NCBI GenBank assembly: GCA_964448115.1
Contig: CAYUVA010000015.1
Coordinates: 3,953 to 67,952 of the forward strand
DNA: 64,000 bases
Source: an uncultured bacterium
GTDB taxonomy: Bacteria > CAYUVA01
Reading direction: 5' to 3'
The notes below the pieces were generated by a model. That model searched no databases and was not told the DNA's origin. It saw only the letters and a list, made by a program, of their open reading frames with translations. Shown here piece after piece: positions 1 to 8,902 of the stretch. The position numbers and the translations under genes were made by a program. Every line of letters begins with the position of its first letter. Position 1 is the first letter of the stretch.

Positions 1-382
1 CGAATCTCCCGCGCAGTATCTCCACATGATCCATAACAAATGTGCCTGCCTCGAAGCCATAGATGATAGTCATCGGTTTATCATCCACGGTTGTCATATC
101 GACTAAGGTACCAGCTACTGCCTCAACATGGGGCAGTTTTTCCACCTCCTTCATCATATTCTCATCGAGGACGCTAAGGAAAATATCGGATGCATGTCGC
201 TTCAGGCAGGTGATGTGCGTGCCCCTGGTTTCGAGCATATCGACCCAGGTTGCCACGAATCCCTGGGAGATGGATACCAGTGAAACCACAGCCGCGATGC
301 CGATAGTGATGCCTATGATGGTCAGGATGCTGCGAGTTTTTCTTCTGAATATGTTGCGGATAATGATGCTAAAAAACAGCAT
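1..382 (-). CDS. ABC transporter permease, FtsX/MacB family (N-terminal part; gene runs off the left edge)
   Basis: Not in the ORF track because it is open at the window edge. Reverse-complement translation from the ATG at 382..380 gives MLFFSIIIRNIFRRKTRSILTIIGITIGIAAVVSLVSISQGFVATWVDMLETRG... This is the typical N-terminal TM helix plus periplasmic-domain start of FtsX/MacB permeases. The frame stays open to position 1. This call replaces the + strand ORF 63..449. Confidence 0.8.
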   Translation of the reverse strand, partial: MLFFSIIIRNIFRRKTRSILTIIGITIGIAAVVSLVSISQGFVATWVDMLETRGTHITCLKRHASDIFLSVLDENMMKEVEKLPHVEAVAGTLVDMTTVDDKPMTIIYGFEAGTFVMDHVEILRGRF

Positions 383-455
383 GAATAGCCTACTTGTGGT
401 TGAGCAAAGCCTTAGTTCTATCAGCCATCAATCCCCATCGATGAACTGATCGCAA

Positions 456-1856
456 TCAATCAACAACCTTTCGTTTCCAGCGCGTGCCATCCTTGGTATC
501 TTCCAGTAGGATCCCCATTTCCTTGAGTTTATCTCTTATGCGGTCTGCGGCGGCAAAGTCCCTGTTCTTGCGTGCCTGTTCCCTTTGTTTAATCATCGCT
601 TCAATATCTTCATCAAGGACCTCTTCATCGAATCTCATTACCGCCAGGACACTATCTATCTCCTGAAGGAACCCTAAGATCGCATCCGTGTCATCAAGCG
701 ACAACGCATCGTGATCTATAAGGTCATTCACCGTTCTTACGAACTCGAACAAACATCCCAATCCACCGGAGACATTCAGGTCATCATCCATCTGCTCGAT
801 AAAGCCATTCCTGGTCTCATCGATGATTCTCATAATATCGGACCGGGTAGTATCGCCCCCCTTCTTATAATCCTTCAATCGCAGAACAAAGTCATCCAAC
901 CTTTTCAGTGCCTCGCTGCAATGTCGCAGGGTCTGTGTTGAGTAGTTCAGGGGTTTCCTATAGTGCGAAGATATGAAAAAATAACGCAGGGTACGAGGTT
1001 CTATGCCTTGTTCAAGAAGCTCGCGCAGAGTAAAAATATTGCCCAGCGACTTGGACATCTTTTCGGTATCTATGGATAGAAATTCATTGTGCAACCAGTA
1101 TCGCACAAATGGCTTTCCCGTGGCAGCCTCGCTTTGGGCTATCTCGTTTTCGTGATGCGGAAATATCAGGTCTTTACCTCCGGTATGAATGTCAAAGGTC
1201 TGGCCGAGGTAGTACATGCTCATCGCTGAGCACTCCAGGTGCCAGCCAGGTCTCCCCTTACCGAACTTGCTATCCCAGTAAGGCTCGCCCTTTTTGGCAG
1301 CCTTCCAGAGCACGAAATCGCGGGGATTTTCCTTGGAATATTCATCTACTTCATACCTGGCGCCAAGGACGAGCTTAGACTTGTTTATCTTGGACAACCT
1401 GCCGTATTTATCGAAGCGCTCTATGGAGAAGTAAGTGGAGCCATCCTTTTGATATGTATAGCCTTTCTCGGAAAGGCGCTCGATGAGATCGAGCATCTGC
1501 TCGATGTGCTCGGTCGCTCTCGGATAGTGCTCGAAGCGCTCTATATTGAGCATACTGATCTCCTCGAAAAAGGAGTCTATATAGCGCTCGGTCAACTCAC
1601 CTAGCGAGATGCCCTCTTGGTTCGATCTTTTTATGGTCTTGTCATCCACATCGGTAAGATTCATTACATGGATCACCTTGAATCCACGATACTTGAGGTA
1701 TCTTCGCAGCAGGTCGGCGAAGATAAATGCCCTGAAGTTACCGATGTGTGGGTGATCATAAACCGTTGGTCCACAGGTGTAGATGCGCACAACCCCAGGC
1801 TGCAGGGGCTCGAATATCTCCACCATCTTGGTCAATGTATTGTATAATCTAAGCAT
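456..1856 (-). CDS. cysS: cysteine--tRNA ligase
   Basis: 466 aa. Class I aaRS HIGH-type motif (CGPTVYDHPHIGNFRAF) and KMSKS motif (EKMSKSLGN), with overall CysRS-like order. Confidence 0.95.
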   Translation of the reverse strand: MLRLYNTLTKMVEIFEPLQPGVVRIYTCGPTVYDHPHIGNFRAFIFADLLRRYLKYRGFKVIHVMNLTDVDDKTIKRSNQEGISLGELTERYIDSFFEEISMLNIERFEHYPRATEHIEQMLDLIERLSEKGYTYQKDGSTYFSIERFDKYGRLSKINKSKLVLGARYEVDEYSKENPRDFVLWKAAKKGEPYWDSKFGKGRPGWHLECSAMSMYYLGQTFDIHTGGKDLIFPHHENEIAQSEAATGKPFVRYWLHNEFLSIDTEKMSKSLGNIFTLRELLEQGIEPRTLRYFFISSHYRKPLNYSTQTLRHCSEALKRLDDFVLRLKDYKKGGDTTRSDIMRIIDETRNGFIEQMDDDLNVSGGLGCLFEFVRTVNDLIDHDALSLDDTDAILGFLQEIDSVLAVMRFDEEVLDEDIEAMIKQREQARKNRDFAAADRIRDKLKEMGILLEDTKDGTRWKRKVVD

Positions 1857-1969
1857 AACCTGTTACCTCGATCATCAAGGTATCTTACCCTAATCCCGCT
1901 TCAATTCCAAGTTCATTGGCAGCTTCTTACATGCTTACATGGAGATGGTGGGGATCATTCTACAGGAAA

Positions 1970-2037
1970 ACTCGATAAATTAGTGAATGCCAAAGACTCG
2001 ATAAATGAATATGAAAACGATAAAATATCGAGTGAAT
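1970..2037 (+). promoter_or_regulatory. cluster of short direct and inverted repeats upstream of the dnaE2-like gene (candidate operator region)
   Basis: ACTCGATAAAT at 1970-1980 and 1996-2006. Palindrome CGATAAAATATCG at 2018-2030. ATCGAGT (2027-2033) is the inverse of ACTCGAT. AGTGAAT at 1982-1988 and 2031-2037. All lie 12-80 nt upstream of the ATG at 2049. Confidence 0.3.
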
Positions 2038-2048
2038 CAGGGTAGCAA

Positions 2049-5000
2049 ATGAGCTTCGTGCATCTTAACATAAAATCGAATTACTCGATGTTATGGGGAG
2101 CATCCTTTATCGACCAGATATGCCGTAAAGTAAAAGATATGGGCATGAATGCGCTAGCTCTCACGGACAGAAACAACCTCTATGCTTTGTACACCTTCCT
2201 TGAGCGAGCCAAAGAAAACCAACTAAAGGCGATCATTGGTGCTGAGGTAACAACTCGAAACCATCGAGTAATAGTATTAGTCAAAGACTCGATCGGCTAC
2301 AGCAATCTGTGCAATATCATTACCAGGCGAAACCTTGATCCGATACTTAATAATGAAAGGATTGAGATTCTAACCGATGATATGAGGTGGGATTGCAACT
2401 ACGGCACAGAGGAATTCTGTATTGATTATGCCAAGTCTGTTTCCAAAGATTCTGAGCTACCATCAGGGTTAGAGTTGCAAACACTCACTCAGATGTTGAT
2501 AGAGCATCAGGATGGCACGGTGATCCTTACTGATTCCATTGAGTTGCTTAAGAGACTTAAAGGCAAGGTAGAACATTTGTTTGCGGAGGTTAAGTGCTCG
2601 GTTAACAAGATCCTGTTTGATGCAAGGAAGCAAGGATTCCCTATCGTTGCTACGAACGATGTAACCTTTTGCTCGGTAGATGATTACCCTGTGCATAGGC
2701 TATTGCGTGCCATAGATAAAAATTCGACCTTATCAAATCTCGCTGATACTGACCTGGTTTCCACTAAAAACTACCTGAAATCTCCAGAAGAGATGAAGCG
2801 AATATTTTGCTCGTTTCCCGAAGCCTTGGAAAACACGGTCAAAATCGCTGAAATGTGCAATTATGAAGGTCCCTATCACCAGAATGTCTTTATAGGATAC
2901 CAGACCCCTGATAAATCCAGTCCCATTGACTATCTCCGACATGAGGCTTACAAGGGAGCGAAGATACGATATCCAGTAATCGATAGCCGTGTAAGGGATC
3001 GCATGGAATATGAGCTTTCCTTAATAGAGCAGAAAGGTTTTGCAGCTTACTTCCTTATCGTAGCTGATATCGTAAAACAAAGTTCTCGCACCTGTGGCAG
3101 GGGTTCCGGGGCTGCCAGCTTGGTCTCATATTGCCTGAATATCACAAATGTCGATCCTATAAAGCACAAGCTTTTCTTTGAACGCTTTCTTAATCCAGAA
3201 AGGAAAGATCCACCGGACATGGACATCGACTTCGCCTGGGATGAAAGGGACAAGATTATCGAGTATGTCTTTAGAAAATATGGCGGGCAACGAAGTGCCA
3301 TGATCGCAACACATATACATTTCAAACCCAGGGGAGCTATCAGGGAAACAGCAAAAGTCTATGGCGTCCCGGAAAGAGAGATAAGCAAGGTTACCAAGCA
3401 CATTCCATGGTTCTGGTCAACAGAAACCGATGGAGACCTATACACCTGTCTCAGCTCATTGCCCAGGATGCGCAATGTAGATCTCTCACCACCCTGGCAG
3501 GAGATAATGAATTATGCTCAAAGAATAATCGGATTCCCCAGACACATGTCAGTGCATTGCGGCGGAATTGTTGTTACCCCCAAACCGCTTAGCAGTTATG
3601 TTCCTTTGGAACCCGCGCCAAAGGGTGTGAACATTATTCAGTGGGAAAAGGATGCAGCAGAGAGGTTTGGTTTGGTCAAGATTGACTTGTTGGGCAATCG
3701 TTCACTTGCGGTGATACGCGATGCCTTAGAGATGATCAAGAATAACTACCGTACCGAGATCGATACTCAAAAATGGGATCCCGAAAATGATCCTAAAACC
3801 AAGGAATTACTCGCAAAAGGGCAATCTATGGGAGTTTTCTATGTCGAGTCTCCGGCTATGCGACAATTACAAATGAAGACAGGCAAGGGAGATTTCGAGC
3901 ACCTGGTCATCAACAGTTCCATCATCCGTCCAGCAGCCAACCGCTATATCCGTGAATATGTACGCAGACTGAAAGGGGGGCAATATGATCCTTTGCATCC
4001 GCTACTTGAAAATGAACTCAAGGAGACTTACGGGATAATGGTTTACCAGGAGGATGTCTCCAAGGCGGCTATGGCTCTCGCAGGATTCAGCTCATCGGAT
4101 GGGGATGGATTGCGTAAGATAATGTCAAAAAAGGATAGGGAGCGGAGGTTGGAGCAATACAAGCAGAAGTTCTATGATGGCGCTGCCAGGCGGGGCATCC
4201 TCATTGATACCATACACAAGATATGGGATATGATCATGAGTTTCCAGGGCTACAGCTTCTGCAAACCGCACTCGGCTTCTTATGCCAAGGTGAGCTACCA
4301 GTCCGCTTATATAAAGGCTCATTATCCCGCGGAGTTCATCGCTGCGGTGATTAGTAACCAGGGAGGATATTACTCTCCCTTTGCATATATCTCCGAGGCG
4401 AGAAGGATGGGAATAGAAATACTCCCTGTTGATGTCAACTACAGTGATTACAAGTACAAGGGCAAGTACAAGAAACTCAGGGTCGGGTTAATGCAGGTAA
4501 AGGGGCTGTCCATGAAAGCCAAGGAGATCATCCCTAAAGAGAGGGAAAAAAATGGTCTTTATAGTAGTTTGGAGGACTTCGCTCAGCGTACCAGGCTTGA
4601 GCCCAAGGATATGGAGCTTTTAATAACAATAGGCGCATTGGGAAGCATCAGCAACCGAAAGACGAGGCCACAAATTCTCTGGGAATACCTGGCGAAATTC
4701 GGAAAGAACCACAAATACACCAAGGGAATCAGCATATTCGACCCCCCTGAGATCCAGGCTCCAGATCTGCCCGAGTACTCTGAAATGGAAAGATTGCGTC
4801 GCGAGTTTATTACTCTCGGATTCTTAACTTCGAGGCATCCTTTGACCCTATTTAAAAGCAAATTGAAAGGGATAAATCTTGTTCAAGCCAAGGAATTGCA
4901 TCGTTATGTGGGCAGAAGGATTACACTGCTCGGTTGGCTGGTTACCGGCAAGGTGGTAACTACTAAGGATAAGGAGCCGATGGAGTTCGTCAGCTTCGAG

Positions 5001-5156
5001 GACACTACCGATATCTTCGAGACGGTTTTTTTTCCAAAGGTGTATCAAGCCTTCTGCCATATTCTCCAATACCAGTATCCCTATATAATCAAAGGGTTGG
5101 TTGAGCAGGATTTCGGCGCCATTAGCGTAACTGTAGAGGAAATAAGGCTCCTTTAG
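2049..5156 (+). CDS. dnaE2: DNA polymerase III alpha-family protein, DnaE2-like (error-prone)
   Basis: 1035 aa. N-terminal PHP domain (FVHLNIKSNYSML...ALTDRNNLY). Pol III alpha core motifs (GRGSGAASLVSYCLNITNVDP, PPDMDIDF, FYVESPAMRQL, SFCKPHSASYA). Shorter than a typical replicative DnaE1 and convergent with lexA-imuB. Confidence 0.7.
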   Translation: MSFVHLNIKSNYSMLWGASFIDQICRKVKDMGMNALALTDRNNLYALYTFLERAKENQLKAIIGAEVTTRNHRVIVLVKDSIGYSNLCNIITRRNLDPILNNERIEILTDDMRWDCNYGTEEFCIDYAKSVSKDSELPSGLELQTLTQMLIEHQDGTVILTDSIELLKRLKGKVEHLFAEVKCSVNKILFDARKQGFPIVATNDVTFCSVDDYPVHRLLRAIDKNSTLSNLADTDLVSTKNYLKSPEEMKRIFCSFPEALENTVKIAEMCNYEGPYHQNVFIGYQTPDKSSPIDYLRHEAYKGAKIRYPVIDSRVRDRMEYELSLIEQKGFAAYFLIVADIVKQSSRTCGRGSGAASLVSYCLNITNVDPIKHKLFFERFLNPERKDPPDMDIDFAWDERDKIIEYVFRKYGGQRSAMIATHIHFKPRGAIRETAKVYGVPEREISKVTKHIPWFWSTETDGDLYTCLSSLPRMRNVDLSPPWQEIMNYAQRIIGFPRHMSVHCGGIVVTPKPLSSYVPLEPAPKGVNIIQWEKDAAERFGLVKIDLLGNRSLAVIRDALEMIKNNYRTEIDTQKWDPENDPKTKELLAKGQSMGVFYVESPAMRQLQMKTGKGDFEHLVINSSIIRPAANRYIREYVRRLKGGQYDPLHPLLENELKETYGIMVYQEDVSKAAMALAGFSSSDGDGLRKIMSKKDRERRLEQYKQKFYDGAARRGILIDTIHKIWDMIMSFQGYSFCKPHSASYAKVSYQSAYIKAHYPAEFIAAVISNQGGYYSPFAYISEARRMGIEILPVDVNYSDYKYKGKYKKLRVGLMQVKGLSMKAKEIIPKEREKNGLYSSLEDFAQRTRLEPKDMELLITIGALGSISNRKTRPQILWEYLAKFGKNHKYTKGISIFDPPEIQAPDLPEYSEMERLRREFITLGFLTSRHPLTLFKSKLKGINLVQAKELHRYVGRRITLLGWLVTGKVVTTKDKEPMEFVSFEDTTDIFETVFFPKVYQAFCHILQYQYPYIIKGLVEQDFGAISVTVEEIRLL

Positions 5157-5172
5157 CATTACCATTGCGCTT

Positions 5173-6363
5173 TTACCCATACTTATCACCGCTTTTCAAG
5201 GCATCCAGATTTCTACCCAGCCATGCCACTGCATTCTGCCCCCAGCGATCTCGGATCCTGTCCAGCGCAGATGTCAATGACTCCAGGCGCTCTTTTTCTG
5301 GGGCTTGCATGAGCGAGAGGCGCTTCCCTTCCACTACCAGTCCATACAGGGTTACCGTCATTCGTCTGATACGCGTGCGACAAGATAACAGCCCTACTAG
5401 TACAGGCTCCAGACTAGGAAAAATACAAAGCTCCAGGTTCGTCGCCTCTTTCAGCACTAGCCTTCTGATTGCAAGATGCCTGTCACTGAACTCGACCTGC
5501 AAAGTCGCTTTTTTGGCAGCCATTTTCATCTCCCTGAGCCTTTTGGTCGCCCTTTCCAGGATGTAAAAGAGCCTGGCGACAAGCTCCCCTTTGTCATTGG
5601 TGTCCTCGTCAAAGGTATATTGCTCCTTGACCACGGGCAGCGGTTTACGGCTCTGTCCCACCGGACTTAAGTCTATGCCACGGGCGCGGCGGTAAACAGC
5701 TACCGCTTCCTTGCCGAACAATGGATACAGTTGCTGTAGGGTTAGCGAGGCTAATAATCCAACGGTTCTTATATTTAGGTCATGGAGCAGCTTAAGCTGC
5801 GCCGGCTCCATGTCAGGCAGCAGCTTAATCGGCAATGGAGCCAAAAAAGCCTCCTCGCCACCTATTAGGATGCTGCAGAAGCCGTCAGGCTTGACCACAC
5901 GGGTGGCGACCTTGCTCACCAGCTTGTTCGAGCCTAACCCGGCAGTGGATGAAAGTCGGTAGCGCTCCTTGATCTCATTTTTTATCCTTATCGCCGTATC
6001 AACGCTGCGCCCAAACAGCCTGCCGAGTCCGGTCAGGTCAAGGTAGATATGTCCCATGCCGGCGAACTCCATGCAAGGTGAATAACGGCTGGAGTGCTCA
6101 AGGAGCGCTGACATGGCTCGCCGGTAGAGATCCATCCTAGGAGGTATGACCACCAGATCCTTGCAGAGCCTCTGTGCCCGGGAGAGCAGCATTCCCTTGC
6201 ACAAGCCGGCTCGCTGCGCCTCGATCGAAAGATCGTAAAGCACAGCCCGCTGCTGCCCAAGCGGGGCTACAGCCACCGGACGACCACGCAGCCGTGGAGA
6301 GACGACCTCCTCCACAGATACAAGAAAATCGGTGATGTTGATATGTAGTACCTGTCGTTCCAT
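5173..6363 (-). CDS. imuB: ImuB-like Y-family polymerase paralogue lacking the catalytic acidic residues
   Basis: 396 aa with DinB-like layout. Where DinB has HVDMDCFFAAVE and SLDEAYLDVT, this protein reads HINITDFLVSVE and GMGHIYLDLT. The Asp/Asp/Glu catalytic positions are N, T and G/H. It lies immediately downstream of lexA on the same strand. Confidence 0.75.
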   Translation of the reverse strand: MERQVLHINITDFLVSVEEVVSPRLRGRPVAVAPLGQQRAVLYDLSIEAQRAGLCKGMLLSRAQRLCKDLVVIPPRMDLYRRAMSALLEHSSRYSPCMEFAGMGHIYLDLTGLGRLFGRSVDTAIRIKNEIKERYRLSSTAGLGSNKLVSKVATRVVKPDGFCSILIGGEEAFLAPLPIKLLPDMEPAQLKLLHDLNIRTVGLLASLTLQQLYPLFGKEAVAVYRRARGIDLSPVGQSRKPLPVVKEQYTFDEDTNDKGELVARLFYILERATKRLREMKMAAKKATLQVEFSDRHLAIRRLVLKEATNLELCIFPSLEPVLVGLLSCRTRIRRMTVTLYGLVVEGKRLSLMQAPEKERLESLTSALDRIRDRWGQNAVAWLGRNLDALKSGDKYG

Positions 6364-6419
6364 CGTAGTCCAGGCTTGAAGATTGAGGATTGAGGTTTTT
6401 TAAACCACTTCACCTTTGC

Positions 6420-7040
6420 TCACATCCTTCGGATTACGCCGATCACCTTGCCCAGGATGCTGAAATCGGAGACATCGGGTCCCTTGATGATAATGTCGTT
6501 CATTGCCTTGTTCTCCGGGTGAAGCCTCACGATGTTGCCATCCCTGAAGAAGCGCTTCACCGTCGCCTCATCTTTGACCAGGGCGGCTATAATATCGCCG
6601 TTGACTGCGCTCTGCTGCTTTTTTACCACCACGAGATCACCATGGTTTATCCCTATCTCCTTCATGCTATCCCCCTTGACCCTGAGGGCGAACAGTCCCC
6701 CGCCAGGAAACAGGTGATTATCCAGCGCCACATAGCCCTCCAGATTCTCCACCGCGGTAATCGGAACGCCAGCGGCTATGCGACCCACGATGGGCACTTG
6801 GTTTGCTGCATGCGAATCAACATCGATCCCCAAGACCGGGATGATATGCCTCGACTTGTGCGGAGTTCGTCTCAGGTAGCCCTTGCGTTCGATGAGACGA
6901 AGGTGCTGGCGGGCAGCGTTGTCAGAGCTGAAGCCGAAATGAGCGCTGATCTCACGAAGAGTCGGCAATACACCTTGATCCTGTTGCCACCAGATGATGA
7001 AATCGAGCACCTGCTGTTGCCGTTTTGTCAGCCTTTCCAT
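6420..7040 (-). CDS. lexA: LexA repressor
   Basis: 206 aa. Winged-helix N-terminus (LTKRQQQVLDFI...LREIS). Ala-Gly cleavage site (GRIAAGVP). S24 peptidase Ser (VKGDSM) and Lys (ATVKRF). Confidence 0.93.
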   Translation of the reverse strand: MERLTKRQQQVLDFIIWWQQDQGVLPTLREISAHFGFSSDNAARQHLRLIERKGYLRRTPHKSRHIIPVLGIDVDSHAANQVPIVGRIAAGVPITAVENLEGYVALDNHLFPGGGLFALRVKGDSMKEIGINHGDLVVVKKQQSAVNGDIIAALVKDEATVKRFFRDGNIVRLHPENKAMNDIIIKGPDVSDFSILGKVIGVIRRM

Positions 7041-7076
7041 GGCTTACCCTCCGTTAAGAGGTTAATAACTTCCATG

Positions 7077-7099
7077 ACACTACATCTATAATATAGTGT
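7077..7099. promoter_or_regulatory. 23-nt palindrome upstream of lexA (candidate SOS box overlapping a TATAAT-like element)
   Basis: ACACTACATCTATAATATAGTGT. The outer arms ACACTA/TAGTGT are exact reverse complements. It sits 37-59 nt upstream of the lexA start (7040) with an A/T-rich TATAAT-like centre. Confidence 0.35.
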
Positions 7100-7209
7100 A
7101 TTTTTGCGCAGTATGCAAGTGGAAAATGATAATTATTCGTTCAAGGTTGACTAAAGTCTAAAGTCTATTTGGATCATGGCTAGTAGGTCATCTCCATCGC
7201 ATTCGCTTG

Positions 7210-8835
7210 TTATGCTTCGAGAATGCTCCAGGGCATGATCTCATCTTTGCTCTTGGGACGATTTATGAAAAACTGGGGATTGAATTGCCATTCCTTTATT
7301 GCTTGTGCATAATTCCCCTTCTTGTGCAGTTTGAGCAAGAATTCGCCAACTCTTCGGTTGCCGATGGAAAGCAATGCCTGCATGGCAGCCCACTTGGGAG
7401 CATCGTGGATTACATGGATTCCCCTGAATCCCCTCAAGCCAGCCTTGATTATCTTTAGCCTTTCATCCAAAACCCGGCGGGAAGCCATCGGTCTTAAGCC
7501 AAAAGGAGTAAATGCCTTTGGAATAAAGGAGTTTATGCTAAGAGTTATGTCTGGGATTCTATTTGAGCTTGCCGCTTTTTTCATGGTGTGCTGTATCCAT
7601 TTGGTAAGTTCTATGGTTTGATGTGCAACCTCGTCGGTCTCGCCGGGCAGCCCGATGATAAAGTATAAACGCAAATTTTGAAATCCTAGGCAAGCGATCT
7701 CCGAGACCACATTTTCCAGCTTTGCCTTATCAAAAGGTTTATCTATCTGCGCCTGGAGTTCAGCGGATGCGGTCTCTGGCGCCAGAGTTATTGTCTGATT
7801 GCCGCACTGCTTGAGCGCCTGCAAAAGCTCGCTATTGAGGCTGTTCAAGCATAACGAGCTTGGACTAGCTCTCAATCCAAGAGATTTAGCCTCTAAAAGG
7901 ATGTCCATGAACTTGGGATGATTGCTGTCAGAAGAGCTGATAAATCCTGTTGTGTTGCACTCAGGCGGCGCTTTTTTCACCATGGCAGTTATTTCATCGA
8001 ACTTCCTGAGTCTAAAAGGTGCCATTCGATTTCCCAGGAGGCAAAATCCGCACCGGAAGGGACATCCACGCGATATCTCAACCAGGTGCATATCGGAAAA
8101 CTCAGATTCTCTTGCATAGATGCTCGAACAGGCATCAGCACCTGATAGAACATCAACTCGGGCTATCTTAACTGGCATAGGAGCATTGCCTATGGGATCT
8201 ATTCCGGCGATAAATCCCTTGTTATCATAAGAAACCCTGTATAATGAAGGTATGTATATGTAATCGAGATGATATAACTCCCAGAGCAGCTCCTCCCGGG
8301 TAAGATCATCCTCAAGAAGCTGACAATAGTGTTCTAGGAACGGAGGCAGCACTAGCTCAGCCTCGCCGATGAAAAAGACATCTATGAAATCAGAAAGAGG
8401 TTCTGGATTGCCCGTAACTGCAATTCCGCCCGCGGCGATCAATGGATGCGTTTCGTTCCTATCTTTTGCTAAAAGCGGTATCCCTGCCAGATCTAATATC
8501 TTTAAGATATTAGGATAATCATTCTCAAACGAAACGCTGAAGGCGATCATATCAAAGTCGGTAAGCGGGCGCTTCTCTTCCAAGGTCATCAGCCTTTTGC
8601 CAGTCCGTTTGTATTCGCTGAACAACGGAGGCTCAGGCAAAAATGCACGATGAGCACTGGCGGCATGATGCGCATTGATCATCTGGTAAACCAGTTGGAA
8701 CCCTAAACTTGAGGCGGCTACATGGTAATAATTAGGATAAACTAGCGCTATCCTGACACCGCCACTAGACGAGGGTATATTATCACCCTTCTCTTCGATA
8801 AAGGTAATTTCTAGCCAGGATCTTATCTTATCCAT
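7210..8835 (-). CDS. radical SAM protein with N-terminal B12-binding-like domain (TIGR03960-like, from memory)
   Basis: CxxxCxxC cluster motif EISRGCPFRCGFC. N-terminal VRIALVYPNYYHVAASSLGFQLVYQ. I moved the start from 9018 to the ATG at 8835 (MDKIRSW...), because the longer form overlaps the upstream gene by 115 nt and adds a non-conserved-looking leader. Confidence 0.8.
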   Translation of the reverse strand: MDKIRSWLEITFIEEKGDNIPSSSGGVRIALVYPNYYHVAASSLGFQLVYQMINAHHAASAHRAFLPEPPLFSEYKRTGKRLMTLEEKRPLTDFDMIAFSVSFENDYPNILKILDLAGIPLLAKDRNETHPLIAAGGIAVTGNPEPLSDFIDVFFIGEAELVLPPFLEHYCQLLEDDLTREELLWELYHLDYIYIPSLYRVSYDNKGFIAGIDPIGNAPMPVKIARVDVLSGADACSSIYARESEFSDMHLVEISRGCPFRCGFCLLGNRMAPFRLRKFDEITAMVKKAPPECNTTGFISSSDSNHPKFMDILLEAKSLGLRASPSSLCLNSLNSELLQALKQCGNQTITLAPETASAELQAQIDKPFDKAKLENVVSEIACLGFQNLRLYFIIGLPGETDEVAHQTIELTKWIQHTMKKAASSNRIPDITLSINSFIPKAFTPFGLRPMASRRVLDERLKIIKAGLRGFRGIHVIHDAPKWAAMQALLSIGNRRVGEFLLKLHKKGNYAQAIKEWQFNPQFFINRPKSKDEIMPWSILEA

Positions 8836-8902
8836 TATCGACTTGTTTCTGGTTAGTATGTTTCTAGTAAAAGGTGCCTGCTTACTACTAGTAGAATAGT
8901 TT

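Noticed and set aside
63-449. 128-aa + strand ORF from the track
   Set aside because: The opposite strand encodes a convincing FtsX/MacB permease N-terminus (MLFFSIIIRNIFRRKTRSILTIIGITIGIAAV...) over the same bases. The + strand product has no motifs and is low-complexity.
6390-7091. 233-aa + strand ORF antisense to lexA
   Set aside because: It is a shadow ORF. The minus strand carries every LexA motif.
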